Assembly (NCBI GenBank): GCA_902577285.1
Contig: CACGYL010000003.1
Coordinates: 7,979-71,978, forward strand
Source of the DNA: an uncultured Pelagibacteraceae bacterium
GTDB taxonomy: Bacteria; Pseudomonadota; Alphaproteobacteria; Pelagibacterales; Pelagibacteraceae
Length of the DNA stretch: 64,000 nucleotides
Direction: 5' to 3'
Both the position numbers and the translations under genes were made by a program. The notes under the pieces are model-generated. The model was given only the letters and a program-made list of their open reading frames with translations. It was not told where the DNA came from and searched no databases. Positions 31,394 to 41,226 of this stretch are shown here, piece after piece (within the stretch, counting starts at the first letter, position 1; each line of letters opens with the position of its first letter).

Positions 31394-32776
31394 TTGAATT
31401 CAGTAATATTTTTAACAATCGTTCTTTTAGCTTTATCCAGTTACTTCTTTGGAAGAAAAAAAGCTATTTTAATTCAATCTAACAAACGGTTAACAGCTCT
31501 TCCAAAATTTTATGGATACTATCTTGCTATATGGTGTGGCGCACCTGCTTTTCTTTTGTATGCTTTATGGTCGATATTTGAACCTAGCATAGTAAGATTT
31601 TTTATACTTAGTGATTATTCTTCGCAAGGACTTCTAGAAGGAGAGTTGAATTTATTTTATGAAAAAGTAAAATCACTTTCTCGAAACCAGTATTCAGGAG
31701 AACTTACTGCAGAGTTACAAAGATCAGCAGAAAAATATTTAAACTTTAGAGACATAGCAAAGTGGTCTAAGGTCGTTATAGTTTTATCATTATTAATTGC
31801 ATCAACAGGTTATGCGTATACAAAGATTTCAAACAACACTAAAACAAGAGAACCAGTTGAAATATTTCTTAAAGGAGTATTTTTTTTATCATCACTGGCA
31901 GCGATATTAACAACCATTGGTATTATTTTTTCCCTTTTGTTTCAAACAATAGAATTTTTTCAAGTTATCCCACTATTTGATTTTGTATTTGGAATGCACT
32001 GGTATCCTGCAAAAGCTTTTGTTCGAGATGCAAGTGAAGCACTTGATCCATCAATGTATAGTGATACTTTTGGTGCAGTTCCGATATTTGCAGGCACCTT
32101 TTTTATAGCTTTGATTGCAATGTGTGTTGCAATACCAATTGGTTTGTTAAGTGGTATATATATGGCGGAATATGCGAGCAAACGTTTAAGACAATATGCC
32201 AAACCTGTCATTGAAATTTTAGCAGGAATTCCAACTGTTGTTTATGGTTTTTTTGCTGCTTTAACAGTTGGACCTTTTTTAAAAGACCTTGGATTATCAT
32301 TAGGACTAGAGGTGTCAGCAGAAAGCGCACTGGCAGCCGGTGGTGTTATGGGAATTATGATTATTCCATTTATATCAAGCTTAAGTGACGACGTAATTAC
32401 AAGTGTTCCTCAAAATCTTAGAGATGGTAGCTATGCCATGGGAGCAACAAAATCTGAAACAATAAAAAGAGTAATTTTTCCAGCTGCTTTACCTGGAATT
32501 GTTGGATCTATTTTATTAGGTGTTTCTAGAGCTATTGGTGAAACAATGATTGTTGTAATGGCATCAGGGTTGGCAGCAAACCTAACTCTTAATCCATTAG
32601 AGTCCACTTCAACAATAACTGCTCAAATTGTTGTTATCTTAATTGGTGATCAACAATTTGGGGATCCGAAAACCCAAGCAGCTTTTGCACTGGGATTAAG
32701 TTTATTTATAGTTACTTTAGTTTTAAATATTGTTGCCTTATCTGTTGTGAAAAAATATAGAGAGAAATATGAATAA
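31394..32776 (+). CDS. pstC: Phosphate ABC transporter permease
   Basis: EILAGIPTVVYG, SRAIGETM; TTG start with AAGGAG SD. Confidence 0.95.
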   Translation: MNSVIFLTIVLLALSSYFFGRKKAILIQSNKRLTALPKFYGYYLAIWCGAPAFLLYALWSIFEPSIVRFFILSDYSSQGLLEGELNLFYEKVKSLSRNQYSGELTAELQRSAEKYLNFRDIAKWSKVVIVLSLLIASTGYAYTKISNNTKTREPVEIFLKGVFFLSSLAAILTTIGIIFSLLFQTIEFFQVIPLFDFVFGMHWYPAKAFVRDASEALDPSMYSDTFGAVPIFAGTFFIALIAMCVAIPIGLLSGIYMAEYASKRLRQYAKPVIEILAGIPTVVYGFFAALTVGPFLKDLGLSLGLEVSAESALAAGGVMGIMIIPFISSLSDDVITSVPQNLRDGSYAMGATKSETIKRVIFPAALPGIVGSILLGVSRAIGETMIVVMASGLAANLTLNPLESTSTITAQIVVILIGDQQFGDPKTQAAFALGLSLFIVTLVLNIVALSVVKKYREKYE

Positions 32777-34037
32777 AGAAGAACGTTTAATTAAAAGATA
32801 CAAAGCTGAAAAAAGATTTCAATTTTACGGTAAAGCTGCAATATTTATGGCTTTATTATTTCTAGTGGTATTTCTAACAAAGATATTTTCTACTGGTTAC
32901 ACAGCATTTCAAAAAACATGGTTGGTAATACCAGTCAATTATAATGCAGATTTATTATATTTGGATCCAGATAAAAAACCAACAACCGAAGATATTAATG
33001 ATGCAGACTTTTATGAGTTTGGGATAGAAACATTTATCACTCTCGATCCAGATGCAAGTGAGGATCAAATTATGGAATTAAAAAAAATGTTTGCATTTAC
33101 TTTTGAGAGAGAATTAAAATATTATCTTCTAGACAATCCTGATAGCTTTGGAAAAACAGTTGATGTAAAATTAACAGCCTCTGACGACTTAGATCAAGTA
33201 TTTAAAGGAAATTATCCAAGAGATATACCTGAAAATAGAAGAAGAGCATCTGATTATCAATTAAAAATTTTTGATAAATTAAATGAAGATGGAAGAGTTA
33301 TAAGTGAATTTAATGCCAGTTTTTTTACAAATGCTGATTCTAGAGAAGCTGAGTTAGCGGGAATAGCAAGCTCATTTATGGGTTCATTATTTTCCATACT
33401 TGTCTGTCTGTCAATTGCCTTTCCTGTTGCCTTACTAGCTGCAGTTTATCTAGAAGAATTTGCACCAAAAAATAGATTTACAGATTTTATAGAAGTAAAT
33501 ATCAATAATTTAGCAGCAGTTCCTTCAATTGTTTTTGGATTATTAGGATTAGGTGTTTTATTGGCCGTGTTTGGTTTACCTAGATCAACACCCTTAGTTG
33601 GAGGTATAACCCTTTCGTTAATGACTCTTCCAACAATTATAATAGCAGCCAGAGCATCATTGAAGGCTGTTCCACCCAGTATAAGAGAAGCAGCTTTAGC
33701 AATGGGAGCTAGCAGAATGCAAACGACGATGCATCATACCGTGCCATTGGCTTTACCTGGAACTTTATCAGGTACTATAATTGGCTTAGCTCAAGCATTA
33801 GGTGAAACAGCGCCTTTAATATTAATTGGAATGGTTGCTTTTGTTAACACAATACCAGGAACCCCTATGGATCCAGCAGCTAGCTTGCCTGTTCAAATCT
33901 ATATATGGGCGGAGAGTGCCGAAAGAGGATTTGTAGAAAAAGTGTCTGCTTGCATAATGGTATTATTATTTTTCCTAATTTTTATGAATTTAGGAGCACA
34001 ATTAATTAGACATAAATTTGAAAAGAAATGGAACTAA
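32769..34037 (+). CDS. pstA: Phosphate ABC transporter permease
   Basis: INNLAAVPSIVFGL, ALGETAP. Confidence 0.95.
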   Translation: MNKEERLIKRYKAEKRFQFYGKAAIFMALLFLVVFLTKIFSTGYTAFQKTWLVIPVNYNADLLYLDPDKKPTTEDINDADFYEFGIETFITLDPDASEDQIMELKKMFAFTFERELKYYLLDNPDSFGKTVDVKLTASDDLDQVFKGNYPRDIPENRRRASDYQLKIFDKLNEDGRVISEFNASFFTNADSREAELAGIASSFMGSLFSILVCLSIAFPVALLAAVYLEEFAPKNRFTDFIEVNINNLAAVPSIVFGLLGLGVLLAVFGLPRSTPLVGGITLSLMTLPTIIIAARASLKAVPPSIREAALAMGASRMQTTMHHTVPLALPGTLSGTIIGLAQALGETAPLILIGMVAFVNTIPGTPMDPAASLPVQIYIWAESAERGFVEKVSACIMVLLFFLIFMNLGAQLIRHKFEKKWN

Positions 34038-34040
34038 AAT

Positions 34041-34796
34041 ATGAATAAAATAGAAGCAAAAAATGTTGATGTCTATTATGGAGCGAAACAAGCTTTATTT
34101 GATATCAATATGGATATCGAAGCAAATAAAGTAACTGCTCTTATTGGACCTTCTGGTTGTGGTAAATCAACATTCTTAAGATGTTTAAATAGAATGAATG
34201 ATGTGATCGACATTTGTAAAGTCAGTGGTGTCGTAAAAATTAATGACTATGACATAAATCAAAAAGATACAGATGTTGTAAGGCTTAGAGAAAAAGTTGG
34301 AATGATTTTTCAAAAACCAAATCCTTTTCCAAAAACCATTTATGAGAATATTTCTTATGGACCTGAGATACATGGGATAGCTCAATCTAAAAGTGAAATG
34401 GATAATATTGTTGAAGAGAGTTTGAGAAAAGCAGCACTTTGGGAAGAGGTAAAAGACAGAATTCACGAACCAGGTACTGGTTTATCAGGTGGACAACAAC
34501 AAAGACTTTGTATTGCAAGAACAATATCAATTAAGCCAGAGGTAATACTCATGGATGAGCCATGTTCAGCTCTTGATCCAATTGCGACAGCACAAATAGA
34601 GGAGCTAATTGATGAATTAAGAAAGGAACATACTATAATAATTGTTACTCACTCAATGTCCCAAGCTGCAAGAGTCTCTCAAAATACTGGTTTTTTTCAC
34701 CTTGGTAAATTGATTGAAGTAGGTTCTACTGATAAGATATTCAAGAATCCGGCTCAACAACAAACGCAGGATTACATAACAGGAAGGTTTGGATAA
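34041..34796 (+). CDS. pstB: Phosphate ABC transporter ATP-binding protein
   Basis: [25 protein letters not shown]. Confidence 0.97.
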   Translation: MNKIEAKNVDVYYGAKQALFDINMDIEANKVTALIGPSGCGKSTFLRCLNRMNDVIDICKVSGVVKINDYDINQKDTDVVRLREKVGMIFQKPNPFPKTIYENISYGPEIHGIAQSKSEMDNIVEESLRKAALWEEVKDRIHEPGTGLSGGQQQRLCIARTISIKPEVILMDEPCSALDPIATAQIEELIDELRKEHTIIIVTHSMSQAARVSQNTGFFHLGKLIEVGSTDKIFKNPAQQQTQDYITGRFG

Positions 34797-35497
34797 TGAA
34801 TGAAAAACCACATACAGTAAAATCTTACGAAGACCAATTAAAAAAATTAAACAATGATTTAGTTGAAATGGGGGCAAATTGCGAAACCGCTTTAGGTAAG
34901 GCAATGAAAGCAATATCAACAAATGATCATAACCTTGCTGATGATGTTATAAATTCAGATGCAGTTATAGATAATTTTGAGTCTCAGATAGAGAATGAGG
35001 TAGTAAATTTAATTGCTTTAAGACAACCAATGGCTGTTGATCTTAGAGAAACAGTTGCAGCTCTAAAGATGTCTTCAGACTTAGAAAGAATAGGTGATCT
35101 TGCCAAAAATATTGCAAAAAGAACAAAACTTATAAATACGCATTTGCCAAATAATTTAATTGAAGCAATGAATAGAATCTGCATTTTGGTTCAAAAACAA
35201 TTAAAAATTGTTTTAGACTCATATCTAAGTAGATCAAGCGATGTAGCTCGAACAGTATGGGAGAGTGATGAACAAGTTGATGATTTAACAAATAAATGTA
35301 TGGAGGAAGTCATCTCATTACTTAAATCAAATATGGAAAATATTGAATATGGCTCACATCTTTTATTTGTAACTAAAAACATTGAAAGGATAGGAGATCA
35401 TACAACCAACATTGCTGAGCAAGTATATTATTTAGTTACAGGTGATTATTTAGAGGGTGAAAGACCTAAGGGTAGCGACTCAGTATTAACAAAGTAA
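34796..35497 (+). CDS. phoU: Phosphate signalling protein PhoU
   Basis: RQPMAVDLR, LERIGD, IERIGDH repeats. Confidence 0.96.
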   Translation: MNEKPHTVKSYEDQLKKLNNDLVEMGANCETALGKAMKAISTNDHNLADDVINSDAVIDNFESQIENEVVNLIALRQPMAVDLRETVAALKMSSDLERIGDLAKNIAKRTKLINTHLPNNLIEAMNRICILVQKQLKIVLDSYLSRSSDVARTVWESDEQVDDLTNKCMEEVISLLKSNMENIEYGSHLLFVTKNIERIGDHTTNIAEQVYYLVTGDYLEGERPKGSDSVLTK

Positions 35498-36180
35498 TGA
35501 GTGCACACATATTTATTGCAGAAGATGAGGTGCCAATTTCAACTCTATTAAAATATAATTTAGAAAAAGAAGGTCATAAGGTTTCTTCAAGTGAAAATGG
35601 AGAGGACTCTTTAAAATCAATAAAACAAAAAATGCCAGACTTAATCATATTAGATTGGATGTTGCCAGATTTATCAGGTGTTGAAATATGTAAACAGTTA
35701 AAAAGGGATAAAAAATATAATGATATTCCAATTATTATGCTTACTGCAAAAGGAGAGGAGGAAGATAAATTAAAAGCATTTGAAACTGGAGCCGATGATT
35801 ACGTCACTAAACCATTTAGCCAAAAAGAATTAAATGCAAGAATTAAATCTTTGTTAAGAAGGGCTAAACCTTTGTCATCAACTGATGTTGTGGAATTTAA
35901 AGACCTTAAAATTGATAGATTGGCAAAAAGAGTTTATAGAAATGATAAGGAAATAATTTTGGGACCCACAGAATTTAAATTATTAGATTTTTTTATCAAA
36001 AATCCAAAAAGAGTTTATTCAAGAGAACAATTATTAAATAATGTTTGGGGTGAAAATATTTATGTAGAAAGTAGAACGGTTGATGTTCACATAAGAAGAT
36101 TGAGAAAAGTTTTAAATGTAAGTGGATTAGAAAGTTTAATTCGCACAGTGAGATCTGCAGGCTATTCGTTAGATAACTAA
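35497..36180 (+). CDS. phoB: Phosphate regulon response regulator
   Basis: LDWMLP, GADDYVTKPFS, LGPTEF, RTVDVHIRRLRK. Confidence 0.96.
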   Translation: MSAHIFIAEDEVPISTLLKYNLEKEGHKVSSSENGEDSLKSIKQKMPDLIILDWMLPDLSGVEICKQLKRDKKYNDIPIIMLTAKGEEEDKLKAFETGADDYVTKPFSQKELNARIKSLLRRAKPLSSTDVVEFKDLKIDRLAKRVYRNDKEIILGPTEFKLLDFFIKNPKRVYSREQLLNNVWGENIYVESRTVDVHIRRLRKVLNVSGLESLIRTVRSAGYSLDN

Positions 36181-36684
36181 ATCTTTAGGCCTTACAAATT
36201 CAGAAATAATTCCTTTCTCTTCAATATTTATCCAATCATTTGTATCGAAAACTATTTTAGCAAATGCACAAGTTGGGAATTTATAATTTAATAGTTTAAA
36301 ATTACTATTATCTTTATTTTTAGTTAATTTTATAACTAAATTTTTAAGAGCAGGTTCATGATTTATTAGCAATACTTTCTTAAACCTTTTATGGATATTT
36401 TTTATATACCCTATAATTTCATTTTCATTAACTAAATAAAGCTTTGAGGAACTTTTAATTTTTTTTGGTTTATTTATTTTTTTTAGTATTAAATTTAGAG
36501 TTTTTTTTGTTCTTTTTGATGAAGATAAAAGCACATAATCAAAGGAATATTTTTTTTTAACAAAAAATTCACTTATAATTTTTGCACTTTTGATGCCTCT
36601 TTTATTTAGTGGTCTTTCAAAATCACTTAAATTTGGGTCTTCCCAACTAGATTTTGCATGTCTCATGACATATAATTCGCGCAT
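36169..36684 (-). CDS. sixA: SixA-type histidine phosphatase
   Basis: MRHAKSSW, DFERPLNKRG, INHEP, FPTC; start moved to ATG 36684. Confidence 0.88.
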   Translation of the reverse strand: MRELYVMRHAKSSWEDPNLSDFERPLNKRGIKSAKIISEFFVKKKYSFDYVLLSSSKRTKKTLNLILKKINKPKKIKSSSKLYLVNENEIIGYIKNIHKRFKKVLLINHEPALKNLVIKLTKNKDNSNFKLLNYKFPTCAFAKIVFDTNDWINIEEKGIISEFVRPKDLVI

Positions 36685-36697
36685 TAATTCTAAATAT

Positions 36698-38848
36698 ATG
36701 ACTGCATTAAAAAAACAAGACAAAGAAGAGCTTAAATCTAATTATATAAATAGAGAATTATCATGGTTAAAATTTAACGATAGGGTTCTTTTTGAGGCGC
36801 AAAATATTGAAAATCCTCTTTATGAGAGAGTAAAATTTTTATCTATTGCAGGCTCAAATTTAGACGAATTTTTTATGGTTCGAGTTGCTGGACTATACAG
36901 TCAGATTAAACAAGAAGTCGACTCACTAAGTTCAGATGGACTAACACCTGAAGAACAGATGGAGATGGTTATCAATGATACAAAAAATCTATTAAATAAA
37001 CAAAATACCATATTTAATAATCTATCAAATCAGCTGAAGAGTAATAATATTTTATTAACTAAGCCAGAAAACCTTAACACAAAGGAAAAAAAGAAATTAT
37101 TAGAAATATTTAAGGAAGAAATCTATCCTCTACTTACACCATCAGCAATTGATCCTGCTCATCCTTTTCCATTTATTATTAATCAAGGGAGAGCTTTAGT
37201 TATGAAGCTGAAGAAAAAGAAAAAAAAGAGAATTCTTAATTCAATTATTGTAATTCCTAAAGCTTTATCAAGATTTATTGAAATAGACGGAGGAAAATCA
37301 TTTAAGAAATTTTTAGTTCTAGATGATGTTATTGGTTACTTTGCCTCTGAAATTTTTCCAGATCATTTATTAGAAAAGAAAATGATATTTAGAGTAATAA
37401 GAGATAGTGATGTAGAAATTCAAGAAGAGGCTGAGGATTTAGTCAGATCATTTGAACTAGCATTAAAGCGAAGAAGAACTGGTGATATTGTTAGATTAGA
37501 AATTTTAGAAAAAAGCGACAAAGAACTTGTAAAATTTATAACAAATAAATTAGAAATTAATCCAAATTATATTTATGAAGTAGCAGGTTTAGTTGGAATC
37601 CAGGATATAGACCAAATTTGTAAAATTAAAAATTCTAAATTAAAATTTAAAAACTTTACACCAAGAGACGTAGAAAGATTAAAAGAATACAATAATAATT
37701 TTTTTGAGACAATTAAGAAAAAAGACCTAATAGTTCATCATCCATTTGAGACTTTTGATGCTGTAATTGAATTTTTAAATCAAGCGGCTATAGATAAAAA
37801 AGTAATTGCTATTAAACAAACATTGTATAGGACTACTTTAGATTCACCAATTGTTAAAGCATTAATTAGCGCTGCCGAAAATGGTAAAACAGTTACAGCT
37901 TTAATTGAAATCAAAGCTAGATTTGATGAAGAAGCAAATATACAACTGGCAAGAAGTCTTGAAAAAGCTGGAGTTCAAATTGTTTATGGTTTTGCAAAAT
38001 ACAAAACACATGCCAAATCATCACTAATACATCGACGTGAGGGTGGTAAAATTCAAACATATTTCCATTTGGGTACAGGCAATTATCATCCTGTAAATGC
38101 AAAAATATACACAGACTTATCTCTATTTAGCTCTGATAAAAAAATGGCTACAGATGTAGAAAAATTCTACAATTATGTGACTGGTTATTCAAAACCAAGA
38201 AATTTAAATAAAATTTCCATTTCTCCAGTAAATTTAAGAAAAACTTTAAATCAGAATATAGATAAAGAAATAAGTAATGCAAAAAAAGGGAAACACGCTG
38301 AGATTTGGGCTAAAATGAATTCATTAGTTGATCCACAAATAATTGATAAGTTTTATGAGGCTTCTAGTGTTGGTGTAAAAGTCTTTTTATTTGTAAGAGG
38401 TGTATGTTGTTTAAGACCTGGTATTAAAAATAAATCAGAAAATATTATTGTAAAAAGTATCATTGGAAGATTTCTTGAACACTCAAGAATTTATTGTTTT
38501 GCAAATGGAAAATTTATGCCCAACAGAAATGCAAAAGTTTATATTTCATCTGCAGATTTGATGCCAAGAAATCTAGATAGAAGAGTCGAACTTCTCGTGC
38601 CAATTGAAAATCAAACTGTGCATGAACAGGTTTTAGACCAAATAATGATGGCCAATTATCTCGACACGAAGCAGAGCTGGGAACTTTATCCTGATGGAAA
38701 TTATCAAAAAATTAAATATAGTCGAAAAGATTCTTTTTCTGCACATGATTATTTCATGAATAATCCAAGTTTATCAGGAAGAGGAAAAGCAAAACTAAAA
38801 ATTAGACCTAAAAAATTAAACTTAAGGTTGGTTAAAGGTGGAACTTAA
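36698..38848 (+). CDS. ppk1: Polyphosphate kinase 1
   Basis: NRELSWLKFN, LDEFFMVRVAG, HPFP, KARFDE, RFLEHSR, SADLMPRNL; probable start ATG 36698. Confidence 0.96.
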   Translation: MTALKKQDKEELKSNYINRELSWLKFNDRVLFEAQNIENPLYERVKFLSIAGSNLDEFFMVRVAGLYSQIKQEVDSLSSDGLTPEEQMEMVINDTKNLLNKQNTIFNNLSNQLKSNNILLTKPENLNTKEKKKLLEIFKEEIYPLLTPSAIDPAHPFPFIINQGRALVMKLKKKKKKRILNSIIVIPKALSRFIEIDGGKSFKKFLVLDDVIGYFASEIFPDHLLEKKMIFRVIRDSDVEIQEEAEDLVRSFELALKRRRTGDIVRLEILEKSDKELVKFITNKLEINPNYIYEVAGLVGIQDIDQICKIKNSKLKFKNFTPRDVERLKEYNNNFFETIKKKDLIVHHPFETFDAVIEFLNQAAIDKKVIAIKQTLYRTTLDSPIVKALISAAENGKTVTALIEIKARFDEEANIQLARSLEKAGVQIVYGFAKYKTHAKSSLIHRREGGKIQTYFHLGTGNYHPVNAKIYTDLSLFSSDKKMATDVEKFYNYVTGYSKPRNLNKISISPVNLRKTLNQNIDKEISNAKKGKHAEIWAKMNSLVDPQIIDKFYEASSVGVKVFLFVRGVCCLRPGIKNKSENIIVKSIIGRFLEHSRIYCFANGKFMPNRNAKVYISSADLMPRNLDRRVELLVPIENQTVHEQVLDQIMMANYLDTKQSWELYPDGNYQKIKYSRKDSFSAHDYFMNNPSLSGRGKAKLKIRPKKLNLRLVKGGT

Positions 38849-40346
38849 AGTAATTAAAAATAAGCAAAATTTAAAATTAAGACAATCAAAATTAGCTATT
38901 ATTGATATAGGTTCAAATTCTATAAGAATGTTAATTTACGATGATTTTACATCATCAAGAGTACCTTTTTTTAACGAAAAAGCTGTTTGTGAACTTGGTA
39001 AAAACTTAGATAAATCAAAAAAACTTCACAAATCAGGCAAGATATATGCTTTAAAAGTCTTAAAAAGATTTTCAGAAATTCTTAATGTTTCAAAAATTAA
39101 TAACCTTAAAATTATTGCAACAGCTGTATTAAGAGAAGCTACAGACGCAAAGCCCTTTATTGATGAAGTAGAATACTTATTTAAAAAAAATATAAATATT
39201 TTAACTGGTGAAGAAGAAGCCGAATCATCAGCTGAAGGAGTTAAAATTGGATTTGAGAATGTGGATGGACTTGTTGCTGATTTAGGTGGTGGAAGTTTAG
39301 AGCTTGCTAGAGTTGAAAACAATGTTGTAACAAATAAAACATCACTTCCGGTTGGTGTTTTAAGGTTAATTAACAATCCTATTGTTAAAAAAAGAAATTT
39401 ACCTAAATATCTCAAAAATCTCTTAAGAGATGAAAAATGGTTATCTAAAAAAAAATTTAATAATTTATATTTGGTGGGAGGTACGTGGAGAGCTTTGTTT
39501 AAATTACACTTATTTCAAAATGAATATCCAGTCCATATTATTCATCAATACTCAATTGAAAATGAAAAACTCACAAAATTTTTAGAAAAAATTTCTTCAT
39601 TTAATAAATCTAAATTGAAATCAGTTGAATACATATCAAAGTCTAGAACACCTTATCTTCCTTATAGCTCAATAATTCTAGAAGAAATTATGAACATAGC
39701 AAATCCAAAAAATGTTATTTGCTCAATTAGCGGTATTAGAGAAGGATCTCTTGCCAAAGATTTATTTAAAAACTCAGATAGTAATTTTGTTTTTAATAAA
39801 TCATTAGAGCATATTTCAAAAAAAAGAGGCGATTTAGGATCTACATATAAGAAATATTTTGATTTTATAAAACCTATATTTGAGGGAAATGAGCATTTTA
39901 ATCAAAAATTGCTTCATCTATCTTGTGTACTAAGTCATATGGATTGGGGTTTGGGAGCATTCCAAAAAGCAGAGTTGGTTTTTCAAGAAACATTAAATAC
40001 GCCTTTATTAAAACTTTCACATAAAGAAAGAATACAATTGGCACTTTCTTGTTACTGGAGATATTGTAGTATAAAATACAACCCAAAGATAGAATACTTA
40101 ACGTTTTTAAATAACAACGAGATATATTCTTGCAAACAAGTTGGTGCAGCCTTAAGATTTGCTAATTCTCTTACATCAATATCTACAATTTTTTTAGAAG
40201 AGTTTAAACTTTATAAAAGAGGTAATTCAGTATTTTTAAAAATTCCATCCCAGCACCAGGAAATTATTTCAAAACAAGTGACTAAAAAATTCAAAGCCTT
40301 ATCAAGGGAATTATTTCTAGAACCTAGGGTAATTTATTCAAATTAA
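38838..40346 (+). CDS. ppx: Exopolyphosphatase Ppx/GppA
   Basis: IDIGSNSIR, ATAVLREA, DLGGGSLE, SGIREG. Confidence 0.93.
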   Translation: MELKVIKNKQNLKLRQSKLAIIDIGSNSIRMLIYDDFTSSRVPFFNEKAVCELGKNLDKSKKLHKSGKIYALKVLKRFSEILNVSKINNLKIIATAVLREATDAKPFIDEVEYLFKKNINILTGEEEAESSAEGVKIGFENVDGLVADLGGGSLELARVENNVVTNKTSLPVGVLRLINNPIVKKRNLPKYLKNLLRDEKWLSKKKFNNLYLVGGTWRALFKLHLFQNEYPVHIIHQYSIENEKLTKFLEKISSFNKSKLKSVEYISKSRTPYLPYSSIILEEIMNIANPKNVICSISGIREGSLAKDLFKNSDSNFVFNKSLEHISKKRGDLGSTYKKYFDFIKPIFEGNEHFNQKLLHLSCVLSHMDWGLGAFQKAELVFQETLNTPLLKLSHKERIQLALSCYWRYCSIKYNPKIEYLTFLNNNEIYSCKQVGAALRFANSLTSISTIFLEEFKLYKRGNSVFLKIPSQHQEIISKQVTKKFKALSRELFLEPRVIYSN

Positions 40347-40374
40347 TTTAATATTATTTTAATTTAACTTTAAT
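40346..40374 (+). promoter_or_regulatory. Pho-box-like array upstream of phnX
   Basis: ATTTAAT-atta-TTTTAAT-ttaa-CTTTAAT at 11-bp period; very AT-rich, so a chance match is possible. Confidence 0.45.
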
Positions 40375-40393
40375 TATATAATTAAAAAATATA

Positions 40394-41188
40394 ATGAAAA
40401 ATAATAAAATAGAAGCAATTGTTTTTGATTTAGCAGGCACCCTAATAGATTTTGGTAGTTTGGCACCATCAAAAGTTCTAATTCATATTTTTAATAAGAT
40501 TGGAATACCAATTAGTAGAAAAGAAGCTATTGGTCCTATGGGTATTGAAAAAAGAGCACATATAAGTCAATTAATTAATACAAAAAAAATAAATCTTCAG
40601 TGGAAAAAAAAATATAAAAAAAAACCTAGTAAAAATGATATCGATAAATTATTTAAACTTTTTAATCCAGAATTAAAAAAAATTATTAAAAAACATTCTA
40701 AATTTATTTCAGGCAGTAAAAGAACCATAGAATTTATAAAAAAAAAAAAAATTAAAATAGCTACAAATACTGGATATTCTGATGATATTTTAAAAACTAT
40801 ATTGCCAGAATTAAAAAAACAAGGATTTACTCCAGATATTTCTTATAGTTCATCGCATACAAGAATTGGAAGACCCTCAGCTGAAATAATATATAAAATT
40901 TTTTCTGAATTAAATATTACTAAGGGATCAAATTGTATAAAAGTTGATGACACTATTCCTGGATTGTTAGAGGGAGTAAATGCTGGGATGTGGGTAGTGG
41001 GTGTTATTTTTTCAGGTAATGAATTTGGTAAAACAGAAGTCGAATTTAATAAACTTTCTTTTAAAGATAAAACTAAATTTAGAAAAAAGATCAAGAAAAA
41101 ATTTGAGAAAGTAGGTGCTCACTATGTAATAGATACAATTAAAGATTTACCTAAAATTATCAAAATAATTCAAACTAGAATTAAATAA
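40394..41188 (+). CDS. phnX: Phosphonoacetaldehyde hydrolase (phosphonatase)
   Basis: HAD motif FDLAGTLIDFGS, cap Schiff-base Lys in GPMGIEKRAHI, IKVDDTIPGLLEGVNAGMW, GAHYVIDT. Confidence 0.88.
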   Translation: MKNNKIEAIVFDLAGTLIDFGSLAPSKVLIHIFNKIGIPISRKEAIGPMGIEKRAHISQLINTKKINLQWKKKYKKKPSKNDIDKLFKLFNPELKKIIKKHSKFISGSKRTIEFIKKKKIKIATNTGYSDDILKTILPELKKQGFTPDISYSSSHTRIGRPSAEIIYKIFSELNITKGSNCIKVDDTIPGLLEGVNAGMWVVGVIFSGNEFGKTEVEFNKLSFKDKTKFRKKIKKKFEKVGAHYVIDTIKDLPKIIKIIQTRIK

Positions 41189-41226
41189 AATTACTTAGTG
41201 AAAAGCATTTTCTAAGACAGTGGAAA

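Noticed and set aside
36590-36723. Long overlapping N-terminal extensions of ppk1 (from 36590) and sixA (from 36723) in the ORF track
   Set aside because: Conserved motifs begin after ATG 36698 and ATG 36684; the extensions are antisense read-through of the opposite gene.
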